IMG/VR virus record: IMGVR_UViG_3300010218_000015
Span: 1-45,170 of that record
DNA length: 45,170 nt
DNA from: a virus
Direction: 5' to 3' (one strand)
Part shown: piece by piece, positions 11,495-21,190 of the stretch
How the letters are laid out: each line of letters opens with the position of its first letter
How positions within the stretch are numbered: the stretch's first letter is position 1
Program-made: the position numbers and the translations under genes
Notes under the pieces: model-generated
What the model saw: the letters and a program-made list of their open reading frames with translations, nothing else
What the model was told of the DNA's origin: nothing
Database searches by the model: none

Positions 11495-13382
11495 CGTCGA
11501 TACCATCCGCGAGTTCCTGGTCGGCCTCGGGTTCAAGGTGGACGAGGCGGGGCAGAAGCGCTTCGTCGACGGCGTTGAAAACGCGACCGTGAAGGTTGTG
11601 AAGCTCGGCGCCGCTGTGGCGACGACCGCGGCGGCTGTAGTGGCCGGCGTCGCGAAGATCGCGGACCAGATGGAGGGTCTGTACTTCGCCTCGCTGCGCA
11701 CGAAGGCAACCGTCGAGAACATTCAGGCACTGGGCTTTGCCGCCGGCCAGATGGGTTCGTCGGCGGAGGCCGCGCGCGGCTCGCTCGAGAACCTGGCGCG
11801 CTTCATGCGGAACAGCCCGGGAGCAGAGGGCTTGCTGCACAGCATCGGCGTGCAAACGCGCGACGCCAACGGCGCGCTGCGCGACACCACCGAGATCATG
11901 GGCGATCTCGGCGCGCGCTTTGCGCAGATGCCGTACTACCTGTCGAATGCCTACGCGCAAGCGCTGGGCATTGACGAGAAGACGCTGATGGCCATGCGCG
12001 AGGGCATGGGGCAGTTCAGCAACGAGTACAAGGAAATGCTGGCCAAGGCCGGCATGGACTCGCAGGAAGCGGCGAAATCGTCGCACGAGTTCATGAACGA
12101 GGTGCGCTCGCTTGGCGCCGCGTTCGTGATCCTCGGCCAGAAGGTGGCGGCCACGCTGACCGGCAAGCTGGCGGGTGATCTGCGCCGCTTCCGCGATGGT
12201 GTGGTCGACAACTTCGGCCGCGTTGCGGGAATCGTTGAGAAGGTCGCGCGCGGCGTCCTGTTGGTGGCGGATGTGGTGAGCACGCTAGCGCTACGTGGGA
12301 TGCAGGCCATCGGCGCCGTGGTCGACTGGTTCAACGGTCTGGACGGCACCGTCAAGACCATCATCGAGACGGTCGCTGCGCTTGGAATCGCGTGGAAGCT
12401 GCTCTCGGCGGGCTTCCTGGCCACTCCGATCGGCCGCATCGTCGCGCTCGGCACCGCAATCCTGGCACTGTACGACGACTACAAGGTCTGGAAGGAAGGC
12501 GGCAAGACCCTGATCGACTGGTCTCAGTGGGAGCCGGGCATCAAAGCGGCCGGCGCCGGCATCCGCTGGCTGAAGGATCTGCTGTCGGACATGATGTACC
12601 GTGCCATCGCCGCCGTCGACGCCATCAACGCGATCTGGCACCGCGATTGGAAGCGCCTCAAGTTTGCTGTCGGCGAGTTTCTGGCCGGTCAGGGGAAGCC
12701 ATATGGGCAGCCCGAAGCGCCCTCGGCGGCCGAAGCGGGGACGCCGCAAGGCGCTCCTGCGGCACCGGCGGCGCCCGCGGCAGGGGCACCTCAGGCGCCT
12801 GCTGCGTCGGGGGCCGGCGCACGTCAGCCGCGCGGCATCCGCAATAACAACCCGGGCAACCTGAACTACGTTGGGCAGCCTGGCGCAACGCGCGAGAGCG
12901 GCCCGAATGGACGGTTTGCGGTTTTCCAGACCGCCGAGGAAGGACTGGTGGCGCTTGCGCGGCAGCTGCGCCTGTACGCCCAGCGCGGAATCAACAGCGT
13001 GCGCGCGATCATCTCGAAGTTCGCACCGCCGACTGAAAACGACACGCAGGCATACATCGAGAGCGTATCGAAGCGGTTGGGCGTCGATGCAAACGCGTCG
13101 CTGAACGTGAACGATCCGCGCGTCATGCAGGGCCTGATGGACGCGATCATCAAGGTGGAGAACGGGCGCAACCCGTACAGCACCGAGCAACTCGCATCCG
13201 CGTCTGCCGTACGTGCGAGTGCCGGCCAGGGCGGCGGCACTGCGCCCGTCACCCTGACACAGGAAACGACGATTCACGTCACGGGCGGCGGTGATCCGCA
13301 GTCGACGGCGCAGGCTGTATCGCAGGCCCAGAACGGCGTGAACGAGCGTCTGGTGCGCAATATGAGGACGGCAGTGCAATGA
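11484..13382 (+). CDS. Tail tape measure protein with a C-terminal conserved RNNNPGN domain
   Basis: A 632-aa ORF that is Ala/Gly-rich with hydrophobic segments. A Pro/Ala linker (APAAPAAPAAGAPQAPAA) is followed by PRGIRNNNPGNLNYVGQPG...FAPPTENDTQAYI. Confidence 0.75.
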   Translation: MASNVDTIREFLVGLGFKVDEAGQKRFVDGVENATVKVVKLGAAVATTAAAVVAGVAKIADQMEGLYFASLRTKATVENIQALGFAAGQMGSSAEAARGSLENLARFMRNSPGAEGLLHSIGVQTRDANGALRDTTEIMGDLGARFAQMPYYLSNAYAQALGIDEKTLMAMREGMGQFSNEYKEMLAKAGMDSQEAAKSSHEFMNEVRSLGAAFVILGQKVAATLTGKLAGDLRRFRDGVVDNFGRVAGIVEKVARGVLLVADVVSTLALRGMQAIGAVVDWFNGLDGTVKTIIETVAALGIAWKLLSAGFLATPIGRIVALGTAILALYDDYKVWKEGGKTLIDWSQWEPGIKAAGAGIRWLKDLLSDMMYRAIAAVDAINAIWHRDWKRLKFAVGEFLAGQGKPYGQPEAPSAAEAGTPQGAPAAPAAPAAGAPQAPAASGAGARQPRGIRNNNPGNLNYVGQPGATRESGPNGRFAVFQTAEEGLVALARQLRLYAQRGINSVRAIISKFAPPTENDTQAYIESVSKRLGVDANASLNVNDPRVMQGLMDAIIKVENGRNPYSTEQLASASAVRASAGQGGGTAPVTLTQETTIHVTGGGDPQSTAQAVSQAQNGVNERLVRNMRTAVQ

Positions 13383-13993
13383 CCAGTCTCGTCACAAGCG
13401 GGATCGCGCTGGCGGCGGTCGCCGGCGCAGACCTGATCAGCGCCATCTTCATGCCGAAGCGCGCAATCAACTCGTCACTGGGCACCTTCAGCGCGTACAT
13501 CACGCTGGAGGAGCACCATCACGACGAGCTGGTCATCACTGACCATCCCGTCGAGCAGGGTGCGCAGATCTCCGATCACGCCTACAAGAAGCCGTCGGAG
13601 CTGACGATCACGATCGGATGGACGAACAGCAGCATCGCGTCGATCACGTCCTTGCAGTTCGGGAACTACTCGTCGTACGCGTATGAGCGGCTGCTGAAGC
13701 TGCAGAAGAACCGTGAGTTGTTCAGCATTTCGACTGGGAAGCGCAAGTACCAGAACATGCTGATCCAGTCCCTCGATGTGACGACGGACGCGAAGACGGA
13801 AAACGCCTGCATCGCCACGCTGCACTGCCGCGAGGTGATCATCGTCCAGACGACCACTACGCAGCTGGTGCCGGCCGAGAACCAAGCCATGCCGCAGAAG
13901 ACAGGGCAGGCGACGAACACCGGAACGAAGCAGCCGCAGGCGACGAACACCAGCCTGCTATATCGGGGCGCGTCCGCGCTGGGGTTGAACTGA
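13379..13993 (+). CDS. Putative tail/baseplate assembly protein
   Basis: ATGA overlap with the tape measure stop. A 204-aa ORF in the baseplate block. Confidence 0.5.
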   Translation: MTSLVTSGIALAAVAGADLISAIFMPKRAINSSLGTFSAYITLEEHHHDELVITDHPVEQGAQISDHAYKKPSELTITIGWTNSSIASITSLQFGNYSSYAYERLLKLQKNRELFSISTGKRKYQNMLIQSLDVTTDAKTENACIATLHCREVIIVQTTTTQLVPAENQAMPQKTGQATNTGTKQPQATNTSLLYRGASALGLN

Positions 13994-14304
13994 TGGCAAG
14001 CATCTTTGAGATCCCGCTCACGGCGCAACCGCAGAACTTCAACATTACGCTCGTTGGTGTCGAGTACCAGTTTTCGCTGGCTTGGCGAGATGCAGCCGGC
14101 AGTTGGTTTCTAGACATCGCCGACGTGAGCGGCAATCCGCTGTTGTCTGGCATCCCGCTGGTTACCGGCGTCGATCTTCTGGCGCAGTACGCCTACATGG
14201 CGTTCGGCTTCGAGCTTTGGGTGCAGACCGACGCGGCGGATGCGCCGCCGACGTTCACCAACCTAGGCACGGAATCGCATCTCTACTGCGTGATCCCCAC
14301 ATGA
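13993..14304 (+). CDS. Hypothetical tail/baseplate protein
   Basis: TGATG coupling with the upstream gene. A 103-aa ORF. Confidence 0.5.
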   Translation: MASIFEIPLTAQPQNFNITLVGVEYQFSLAWRDAAGSWFLDIADVSGNPLLSGIPLVTGVDLLAQYAYMAFGFELWVQTDAADAPPTFTNLGTESHLYCVIPT

Positions 14305-15224
14305 CGCAACAGTGGATTCGACGAGTCAGCCTAATCGTGGGCGATGCGACCGGGAAAGGACTTGACCTGTCCGAGCTGCATGTCACGTTCCGGATATTCA
14401 GCGCTACGACGCAGAGCCCAAAGCACACGACGATCCGCGTCTACAACGTGGCTGATGCCACGGCAAAGAGCATCCAGAAGGAGTTCAAACAGGTATTCCT
14501 GCAGGCCGGCTACGGCGACAACTTCGGGTTGATCTTCTCGGGCGCTATCAAACAGGTGCGCAAGGGCCGGGAGAACGCGACCGACACGTTCATCGACCTG
14601 ATCGCGGCCGACGGCGATGAGGCCTACAACTGGTCGGTGGCGAACACGACGCTGGCCGCCGGTTGGTCGCAGTCCGACTATCACCGCGTGCTGCTGCAGT
14701 CCATGGCGCGGTACGGCATCGCTGCCGGTTTCACCCCGGCATTTGCGCCTACAAAGATGCCGCGCGGTAAGGTCTGCTACGGCATGACGCGCGACTACCT
14801 GCGCCAGTTGGCCGGCGCCAGCGGTACGCATTGGTGCGTGCAGAACGGGCAGCTGCAGATGGTGCCCGTCAATGGATTCGTCCCCGGTGAGGCGATCGTG
14901 CTCACGTCGGCCACCGGCATGATCGGAAATCCGATCCAGACGGTCGACGGCATCATCGTCAAAGCGCTGCTGAACCCGAACATCAAGCCGGGAACGAGGG
15001 TGCAGATCAACAACTCGAGCATCCAGCAGGCTCCGCTGAGCACGGATTACACAGCGACGAATTACTTTCCGAGTCTCGATGACGACGGCTTCTACAAGGT
15101 CTACGCGTTGAGCCAGTCTGGCGACACGCGTGGTCAGGACTTCTACACCGAGATGATCTGCGCGGGCGTGAACGGCACGGCTCCGCTGACGTCGACCTAC
15201 ACAAACGCGGTGACAAGTGGATAG
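14301..15224 (+). CDS. Putative baseplate hub protein
   Basis: ATG 14301 (MTQQWIRRVSLIVGDATGKGLDLSELHVTF...) overlaps the upstream stop (ATGA). The track start 14082 gives an Arg-rich extension that overlaps the previous gene. Confidence 0.55.
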   Translation: MTQQWIRRVSLIVGDATGKGLDLSELHVTFRIFSATTQSPKHTTIRVYNVADATAKSIQKEFKQVFLQAGYGDNFGLIFSGAIKQVRKGRENATDTFIDLIAADGDEAYNWSVANTTLAAGWSQSDYHRVLLQSMARYGIAAGFTPAFAPTKMPRGKVCYGMTRDYLRQLAGASGTHWCVQNGQLQMVPVNGFVPGEAIVLTSATGMIGNPIQTVDGIIVKALLNPNIKPGTRVQINNSSIQQAPLSTDYTATNYFPSLDDDGFYKVYALSQSGDTRGQDFYTEMICAGVNGTAPLTSTYTNAVTSG

Positions 15225-15957
15225 CCGAGAACGTTGGGATGACCCTGAGGAAGCGCTGCGGGTGGCCCTTGATGGGCTCCGCTCGGGCCTCTGGACGTCG
15301 ATGCCCGGGATCATTCAGTCGTTCAACGCCGGCGCCGTCACCGCCACGGTCCAATTGGCGATCAAGGGCATCGTCCATGCGCCGGACGGGACGGCGCAGT
15401 TTGTGAACATGCCGCTGCTGGTTGATGTGCCGGTGCACTTCCCCCGCGGCGGCGGATGCACCCTGACGTTTCCTGTTGCGAAGGATGATGAATGCCTGGT
15501 GGTGTTCGCAGCGCGCTGCATTGATGGGTGGTGGCAGTCCGGTGGCGTGCAGGCTCCTATGGACCCGCGCATCCACGACCTGAGCGACGGCTTCGCCTTC
15601 GTGGGCTTCTTCTCGCAGGCCACGAAGATCGGCGGGATCAGCACGGCCAGCACGCAACTACGCAGCAATGATGGCGCCACGTACATCGACCTGAATCCGT
15701 CGACGAAGAAGGTGAAGATCGTCGCGCCCGGCGGCTTCGACGTGATTGCGCCGCTCTCCACCTTTTCCGCCGGCGTGACGATCAGCGGGTTGCTGACCTT
15801 CGTGGGCGGCATGGTCGGCAGCGCCGCGAGCGGTGCAGCGGCAGTCTTCAACGGCATCTTGAACGTGATCGGCCAGATCACTGCGAACGGGAAGCGAGTC
15901 GACGACACGCACACCCACTCCGACCCGCAGGGCGGTAACACCGGACCCGTGAACTAA
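15217..15957 (+). CDS. Baseplate central spike protein (gpV / Gp138-N-like)
   Basis: GTG start at 15217. It contains PGIIQSFNAGAVTATVQLAIKG and HFPRGGGCTLTFPVAKDDECLVVFA (OB-fold spike-like). The C-terminal DDTHTHSDPQGGNTGPV resembles a His-containing spike apex. Confidence 0.6.
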   Translation: MDSRERWDDPEEALRVALDGLRSGLWTSMPGIIQSFNAGAVTATVQLAIKGIVHAPDGTAQFVNMPLLVDVPVHFPRGGGCTLTFPVAKDDECLVVFAARCIDGWWQSGGVQAPMDPRIHDLSDGFAFVGFFSQATKIGGISTASTQLRSNDGATYIDLNPSTKKVKIVAPGGFDVIAPLSTFSAGVTISGLLTFVGGMVGSAASGAAAVFNGILNVIGQITANGKRVDDTHTHSDPQGGNTGPVN

Positions 15958-15965
15958 GGATCACC

Positions 15966-16319
15966 ATGCGGTACCGAAAGCTCGACGCCAACGGCGACTA
16001 CACGTGGGGGCACCAGCAGGGTGACTTCTACCGGGACCAAGCCGAGGCTGTTGCGCAGGCCGTGCAGACGCGCCTGCGGCTCACGCTAGGCGAATGGTTC
16101 CTCGATGTCACCGACGGCACGCCCTGGAACACGCAGGTTCTCGGGAAGTACACGAAGGACCAGTACGACGCGGCAATCAGGGACCGCATTCTCGGCACAC
16201 AAGGCGTGACGGAGATCGTGAGCTATTCGAGCTCGGTGGACTCACAGGCACGCGTGCTCACGGTTACGGCGACGATCAACACGCAGTACGGACAAACGAC
16301 ATTTTCGACCTCGCTATGA
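15966..16319 (+). CDS. Baseplate wedge protein (gpW/gp25-like or DUF2634-like)
   Basis: RBS AAGGA. A 117-aa ORF with AVAQAVQTRLRLTLGEWFLDVTDGTPW, located directly upstream of the baseplate J-like gene. Confidence 0.5.
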   Translation: MRYRKLDANGDYTWGHQQGDFYRDQAEAVAQAVQTRLRLTLGEWFLDVTDGTPWNTQVLGKYTKDQYDAAIRDRILGTQGVTEIVSYSSSVDSQARVLTVTATINTQYGQTTFSTSL

Positions 16320-17506
16320 CCATCACCTCTGTCGCGCCGGTCATCGACGCGTCTGGCATCCACGCGCCTGCGTTCTCGGATGTGCTGCAGTACGTCATCG
16401 CGAAGTATCAGGGCATCTATGGTGCCGATGTCTACCTCGGCAGCGATTCGCAGGACTACCAGTTCCTGGTGGCCGCAATTGCCACGCCCATCAATGACCT
16501 GAACGCCTCGATCATCGGTGCATACAATGCGTTCTCGCCGGCGACAGCGCAGAACGCCAACCTGTCGAGCGTCGTCAAGATCAACGGCCTCAAGCGCAAC
16601 ACGCCGACGAACTCGACGGTTGACCAGGTGGTTATCGGCGCAGCCGGGACCGTGATCACGAACGGCGTGACGCAGGATGCCAACGGGAACAAGTGGAATC
16701 TGCCGGCCAGCGTGACAATTCCGCCGAGCGGCACTATTACCGTCACGGCGACGTGTCAGACTGCAGGTGCGGTACAAGCCGGCATCGGCACCGTGAACCA
16801 GATCGCGACACCAACTCTCGGTTGGCAGTCGGTGACGAACTTGACGGCGGCCGCCGCCGGCGCGCCCGTCGAAACCGATTCGCAACTGAAGGCGCGACAG
16901 GCAGTTTCGACGGCGCTTCCATCCCGCACGGTGCTCGAGGGCACCGTAGGCGCCGTGTGGGCTGTTCCGGGAGTCACTCGCGTGACTCCGTACGAGAACG
17001 ACACGAAGGTGGCGGATGCCAACGGTATTCCTGGCAACAGTATTTGCCTCGTGGTAGAGGGAGGTGACTCTACCGCTATTGCGACCGCCATTGCGGCGAA
17101 GAAGACACCAGGCACCGGCACGTTTGGCACAACGACTGTCTCTGTGACCGACGCCTATGGCATCGCGCATCCGATCAGCTTCTATCGCCCGACGTACGAT
17201 GCCATCACATGCGCCATCACACTCAAAGCGCTGGCCGGCTACACGTCGTCAATCGGCGCAGCCATCCAGAACGCGGTGGCTGCCTACGTGAACGCAGTGG
17301 CTATCGGTGGCGCTCCGGGCGGCACGGTGGAATGGGATTCGGCACTTTCTGCGGCCAAGTCAGTGGCGGGCAGCAATACATTCCGCATCACGTCCTTCAC
17401 GCTGAGTGGTCCGGGGGGCGCTGGAACGCCTGACGTGCCACTGGCTTTCAATCATGCCGGGCAGATGCTCACGCCATCTTCCAGCGTAACCATCACGGTC
17501 ACCTGA
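16316..17506 (+). CDS. Baseplate J-like protein
   Basis: ATG 16316 (MTITSVAPVIDASGIHAPAFSDVLQYV...) overlaps the upstream stop (ATGA). The ~396-aa size and the gene order fit baseplate J. Confidence 0.65.
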   Translation: MTITSVAPVIDASGIHAPAFSDVLQYVIAKYQGIYGADVYLGSDSQDYQFLVAAIATPINDLNASIIGAYNAFSPATAQNANLSSVVKINGLKRNTPTNSTVDQVVIGAAGTVITNGVTQDANGNKWNLPASVTIPPSGTITVTATCQTAGAVQAGIGTVNQIATPTLGWQSVTNLTAAAAGAPVETDSQLKARQAVSTALPSRTVLEGTVGAVWAVPGVTRVTPYENDTKVADANGIPGNSICLVVEGGDSTAIATAIAAKKTPGTGTFGTTTVSVTDAYGIAHPISFYRPTYDAITCAITLKALAGYTSSIGAAIQNAVAAYVNAVAIGGAPGGTVEWDSALSAAKSVAGSNTFRITSFTLSGPGGAGTPDVPLAFNHAGQMLTPSSSVTITVT

Positions 17507-17507
17507 C

Positions 17508-18167
17508 ATGGCACAGGCTTCCGACTACACCGCGCTCATCACGACGGAGCATGCGGACAAGCCGAAGTTCATGGCGATGATGTCCATCGTCGCTCAGTGC
17601 TTCGCAGACCAGATCAACGTCGCCCAGTCGATTCCCGCCGCCTTCGATCTTGACCAGGCGGTGGGCGTACAACTGGATGCCGTAGGGCAGTGGGCAGGGA
17701 TCAAGCGACAGGTCAGGACGCCCCTCAGCGTCTACTTCTCGTTCGATACCGCCGGCCTAGGCTTCGATCAGGGCAACTGGCAGGGACCGTTCGATCCGAG
17801 CACAGGGCTGACGTCGTTGGACGACGCGACCTACCGGACGCTGATCCGCGCCAAGATTGCAGCCAACAGTTGGGACGGAACGATTCCAGGCGCCGCGGCC
17901 GCCTACGCCAATCTGCTCAATGGTTCTGGGAGCTACATTTTCATCCAGGACAGCCAGGACATGACGATGACGGTAGGCGTCTCGGGGGCTATCCCTAGCG
18001 CGCTGCTGCGTTCGCTGTTCTCCGGGGGATACCTGCCACTGAAGCCAGAGGGAGTGCGCGCCACATACCTAGTTCCCTCCGCCAGCAATACGCCGCTGTT
18101 CGGGTTCGATGTGCAGAACCAGTACATCGGAGGATTCGACACCGGGTCTTGGGCAGTAGCGGCCTGA
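17508..18167 (+). CDS. Baseplate/tail protein (DUF2612-like, gpI-analogous)
   Basis: A 219-aa ORF after the J-like gene. The N-terminus is ...TTEHADKPKFMAMMSIVAQCFADQINVAQSIP.... Confidence 0.55.
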   Translation: MAQASDYTALITTEHADKPKFMAMMSIVAQCFADQINVAQSIPAAFDLDQAVGVQLDAVGQWAGIKRQVRTPLSVYFSFDTAGLGFDQGNWQGPFDPSTGLTSLDDATYRTLIRAKIAANSWDGTIPGAAAAYANLLNGSGSYIFIQDSQDMTMTVGVSGAIPSALLRSLFSGGYLPLKPEGVRATYLVPSASNTPLFGFDVQNQYIGGFDTGSWAVAA

Positions 18168-18186
18168 TTTCCTGCTAATTCGCAAC

Positions 18187-18209
18187 AAGCCGCCTTCGGG
18201 CGGCTTTTT
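18187..18209 (+). terminator. Rho-independent terminator upstream of the tail fibre gene
   Basis: Stem aagccgcc/ggcggctt with loop ttcg, followed by a T-run. Confidence 0.7.
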
Positions 18210-18228
18210 CCTTTTCTGGAGCCCTCAA

Positions 18229-19524
18229 TTGGCCCTGCAAAACGACTTCCTACCGTTCGCCACTGGCGCCGGCGCCAATGTCCTGACGCAGTCACAGTAC
18301 GCTGCTCTCAGTGCGGTCTCGACTGGTTACCAGTCTGGCGTCGCACAGTCTGCAGCGCTGAACAAGACGTGGCGCCAATCCAGCATCATGAGCGCTGTGC
18401 TGGCGCAGTTCATCGTGAATCAGACCGGTCAGAACGCTGTCGATGATGGAACCACGGCTGCGCTGCTCGCGAATTTGACGTCGGCTGTTTTTGCGGTGGC
18501 CAAATCCGTCGGTATTAGTGCTGTTCTGAATCCAGTCAATGCCAGCACTGTGTTGACCGCTGCAAACATGGGGCAGTCGATCCCCATTTTTGGCAGTGGG
18601 GGTTTCACCATCACGCTTCCGGCAGTATCGGATACTTCGGCTGGCCAGCGTTTGGAGTTCTTCAACTACAGTGGTGGTACCGCCAGTGTGGTGTGTTCTG
18701 GTTCCGACAGATTCGTAGCGACAAACGGTAGCAGTCAGACAACGCTTGTTTTGAGCCCCGGCGACACGCTCGAGTTGGAATCTCTCGGAGCTTCGGGCAT
18801 CTGGTATGCGGTTGGCGGATCGGCTCAGTTCCAATATTCATCGTTGTTCCGGAAGTACACGGCCGGTGCCATCCTGAATGTTCGCCGCTTTACGGCGAGT
18901 GGCACATACACGCCTACTCCCGGAACTTTGGCCGTGCGCGTTCAGCTCGTCGGCGGCGGTGGTGGTGGCGGCGGCAGCAGTGCAACGAGCTCTGGCCAGC
19001 AGTCGGTCGGAGCAGGGGGCGCCGGTGGCTCGTATGCCGAGAGCTACCTTACGTCGGGGTTTTCTGGCGTCACGATGACCATAGGTGCGGGCGGTTCTGC
19101 TGGCGGAGTCTCTGGCAACGGCGGCAATGGTGGGACCACGTCATTCGGAGCCCTGCTCTCGGCGGCGGGTGGTGGAGGCGGTCAGCCTTCCGGCCCGACC
19201 GGGACGCCGTTTGTGTTGCTTGGTGGTGCGCCGGGCGCGTTGCCAACCAGCGGTAACGTATTGAACGCACAGGGTGCGCCAGGCGGCAACGGCGCCGGCC
19301 CCGCGCCTGCCTCCTCAACGAGCTATCTATCGGGCGCCGGTGGCGCGTCCATGTTCGGCGGCGGCGCGAATGGATTGGGGAGTGCAAATTCGGCGGGCCT
19401 GACTGCACAGTCCTTTGGGGGCGGCGGAGGGGGTGGCGCAACTGGGGCCAGCGCTTCAGGACAAATCGGGGGTGCCGGCGCCCCCGGCGTAATCATCGTC
19501 ACGGAATACGGGAACATCCAATGA
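18229..19524 (+). CDS. Tail fibre protein with a glycine-rich C-terminal domain
   Basis: TTG start at 18229, 7 nt after GGAG. The N-terminus LQNDFLPFATGAGANVLTQSQYAAL...NKTWRQSS is a typical fibre attachment domain. The C-terminal ~190 aa are Gly-rich (GGGGGGGG..., GAPGVIIVTEY). Confidence 0.75.
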   Translation: MALQNDFLPFATGAGANVLTQSQYAALSAVSTGYQSGVAQSAALNKTWRQSSIMSAVLAQFIVNQTGQNAVDDGTTAALLANLTSAVFAVAKSVGISAVLNPVNASTVLTAANMGQSIPIFGSGGFTITLPAVSDTSAGQRLEFFNYSGGTASVVCSGSDRFVATNGSSQTTLVLSPGDTLELESLGASGIWYAVGGSAQFQYSSLFRKYTAGAILNVRRFTASGTYTPTPGTLAVRVQLVGGGGGGGGSSATSSGQQSVGAGGAGGSYAESYLTSGFSGVTMTIGAGGSAGGVSGNGGNGGTTSFGALLSAAGGGGGQPSGPTGTPFVLLGGAPGALPTSGNVLNAQGAPGGNGAGPAPASSTSYLSGAGGASMFGGGANGLGSANSAGLTAQSFGGGGGGGATGASASGQIGGAGAPGVIIVTEYGNIQ

Positions 19525-19946
19525 AGACCTACGCGCGCATCGAGGGTGGGGTGGTTGTCGAAATCATTCAGCCATTCGCCACCAAAGACGCAGACGGCAA
19601 CGACGTCGAAGTGCCGATCGAGGAACGGTTCGTGCCGGACATCGTGCAAACGCTCGTCGAGGTGACCAAGGCCACAGGCACACCCGATCAGGGATGGACA
19701 TACAACGGGAAGGTGTTTGCAGCGCCGGTGCCGCCCGTGCCGACCTTGGCACAGAAGCAGGCCACCCGCTCGGCTCTCATGGATTACGCAAGCCAGCAGA
19801 TGGCGCCGTTGCAAGACGCGGTTGACCTTGGCATCGCCACACAGGCAGAGACGTCAGGCCTCGCTAAATGGAAAGCGTACCGGGTTGCGCTGAACCGACT
19901 GGACCTCACCGTGGACCCGGTTGCGTGGCCAGAGCAGCCCTCTTGA
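19521..19946 (+). CDS. Tail fibre assembly chaperone
   Basis: ATGA overlap with the fibre gene. A 141-aa ORF (MKTYARIEGGVVVEIIQPF...) with ...KWKAYRVALNRLDL near the C-terminus, typical of Tfa-like chaperones. Confidence 0.6.
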   Translation: MKTYARIEGGVVVEIIQPFATKDADGNDVEVPIEERFVPDIVQTLVEVTKATGTPDQGWTYNGKVFAAPVPPVPTLAQKQATRSALMDYASQQMAPLQDAVDLGIATQAETSGLAKWKAYRVALNRLDLTVDPVAWPEQPS

Positions 19947-19993
19947 TGAGGCACCATGTCGCCCGCGGGCGCTGGGTGCCATAATCTGGCCCC

Positions 19994-21139
19994 ATGCAAC
20001 TGCAACCTGACCGTCTCGCCTTCGCCAACGCCCTGCGCGGCATCGCCGCGCTAGTGGTGCTCGTCTCGCACTATGTCGTGATGTTTGACCAGATCCATGG
20101 TCAATATGGCGGCTTTGCGGCTCTGCCAGGAAATTCGTTCCCCGCTTCGGTGGTGTGGCTGAACGATCTGATCAAGCCGGTTCACCTTGGTGCGTTGGGT
20201 GTCGCCCTCTTTTTTTTGGTCAGCGGCCTCGTACTCCCGATCTCTGTCCGGTCGTATGCGCGCGCGCCTATGGGACGAGCGGCTTTCGTCACGGCGCGCC
20301 TGCTGCGCCTTGTTCCGACTTACGCAGCAGGACTGGCAATTAGCTTTGGTGCTTGGTCTTGGGCGACTACGCACAACGGGGTGCCGTTTGAGCGTGGGAC
20401 GCTCTCAATCTACCTGGCCAACGTCTCGCTCTTCCGGGACTGGATCGGCGTGGCGCAGGTTGACGGCGTCGTCTGGACGCTTGAGGTAGAAGCGAAGTTC
20501 TACCTGCTGATCCTTCTGTTTTGGGGCGCAGTAGCATCCCAACGGCTCTGGCCGACACTGGTCGTTGCCGCACTGGCGGTTGCCTCGGCTCCGTTGCACG
20601 CCGACTTCCCGATGTCTTGGAATCCGCCAGCCAACTTTGCATGGGCGCTGCCGTTCCTGGCCTATATGGGCATCGGCGTGGGATTTAGTTACCACTACAT
20701 GGGGCGCCTGTCGTCGCGGAGCCTGGGCACGCTGTGCGCGGTGCTTCTGGGCGCTTTCATTGGCATCAAGTGGTACAACAAGGCGCCAGTCGAAGTGCCG
20801 GCATCCTACGCCTTCGCGCTCGCCATTTTCGCGGCGCTCTACACCTGGCGTCGATCGTGGGACGGCGGCGCGGTGATCCGCTTCTTCGCGCGCATCAGTT
20901 ATCCGCTGTATGCCGTGCACGCACCGATCGGGTACATCGCCCTGCGTTACCTCATCGGGAGCGGCTGGAACGCTGTTCTCGCATTTGGTGTCGTGACTGC
21001 GGCGGTGACCGCGATCGCATGGGCGATGCACGTGCTCATTGAAGCGCGCAGCCAGGAAATCGGCAAAAAGCTGGCGCAGGCCATCCAACGTGCTGCCGCC
21101 AATCGAATTGAAGGACGCGATCAACGCAGCGCGGCATAG
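19994..21139 (+). CDS. Acyltransferase family 3 integral membrane protein (O-antigen/polysaccharide acyltransferase-like moron)
   Basis: A 381-aa polytopic membrane protein. The N-terminus DRLAFANALRGIAALVVLVSHY is typical of Acyl_transf_3. It is followed by its own terminator and preceded by a GC hairpin and CATAAT 9 nt upstream of the ATG. Confidence 0.8.
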   Translation: MQLQPDRLAFANALRGIAALVVLVSHYVVMFDQIHGQYGGFAALPGNSFPASVVWLNDLIKPVHLGALGVALFFLVSGLVLPISVRSYARAPMGRAAFVTARLLRLVPTYAAGLAISFGAWSWATTHNGVPFERGTLSIYLANVSLFRDWIGVAQVDGVVWTLEVEAKFYLLILLFWGAVASQRLWPTLVVAALAVASAPLHADFPMSWNPPANFAWALPFLAYMGIGVGFSYHYMGRLSSRSLGTLCAVLLGAFIGIKWYNKAPVEVPASYAFALAIFAALYTWRRSWDGGAVIRFFARISYPLYAVHAPIGYIALRYLIGSGWNAVLAFGVVTAAVTAIAWAMHVLIEARSQEIGKKLAQAIQRAAANRIEGRDQRSAA

Positions 21140-21167
21140 ATTGATACGCAGACGACGAGACAACACG

Positions 21168-21190
21168 ACCGCCCCATGAGGGCGGTTTTT
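21168..21190 (+). terminator. Rho-independent terminator after the acyltransferase gene
   Basis: Stem accgccc/gggcggt with loop catga, followed by TTTTT. Confidence 0.7.

Noticed and set aside
18229-19524. A diversity-generating retroelement targeting the tail fibre
   Set aside because: No reverse transcriptase gene is present anywhere in the window. I found no template/variable repeat pair matching the fibre 3' end.
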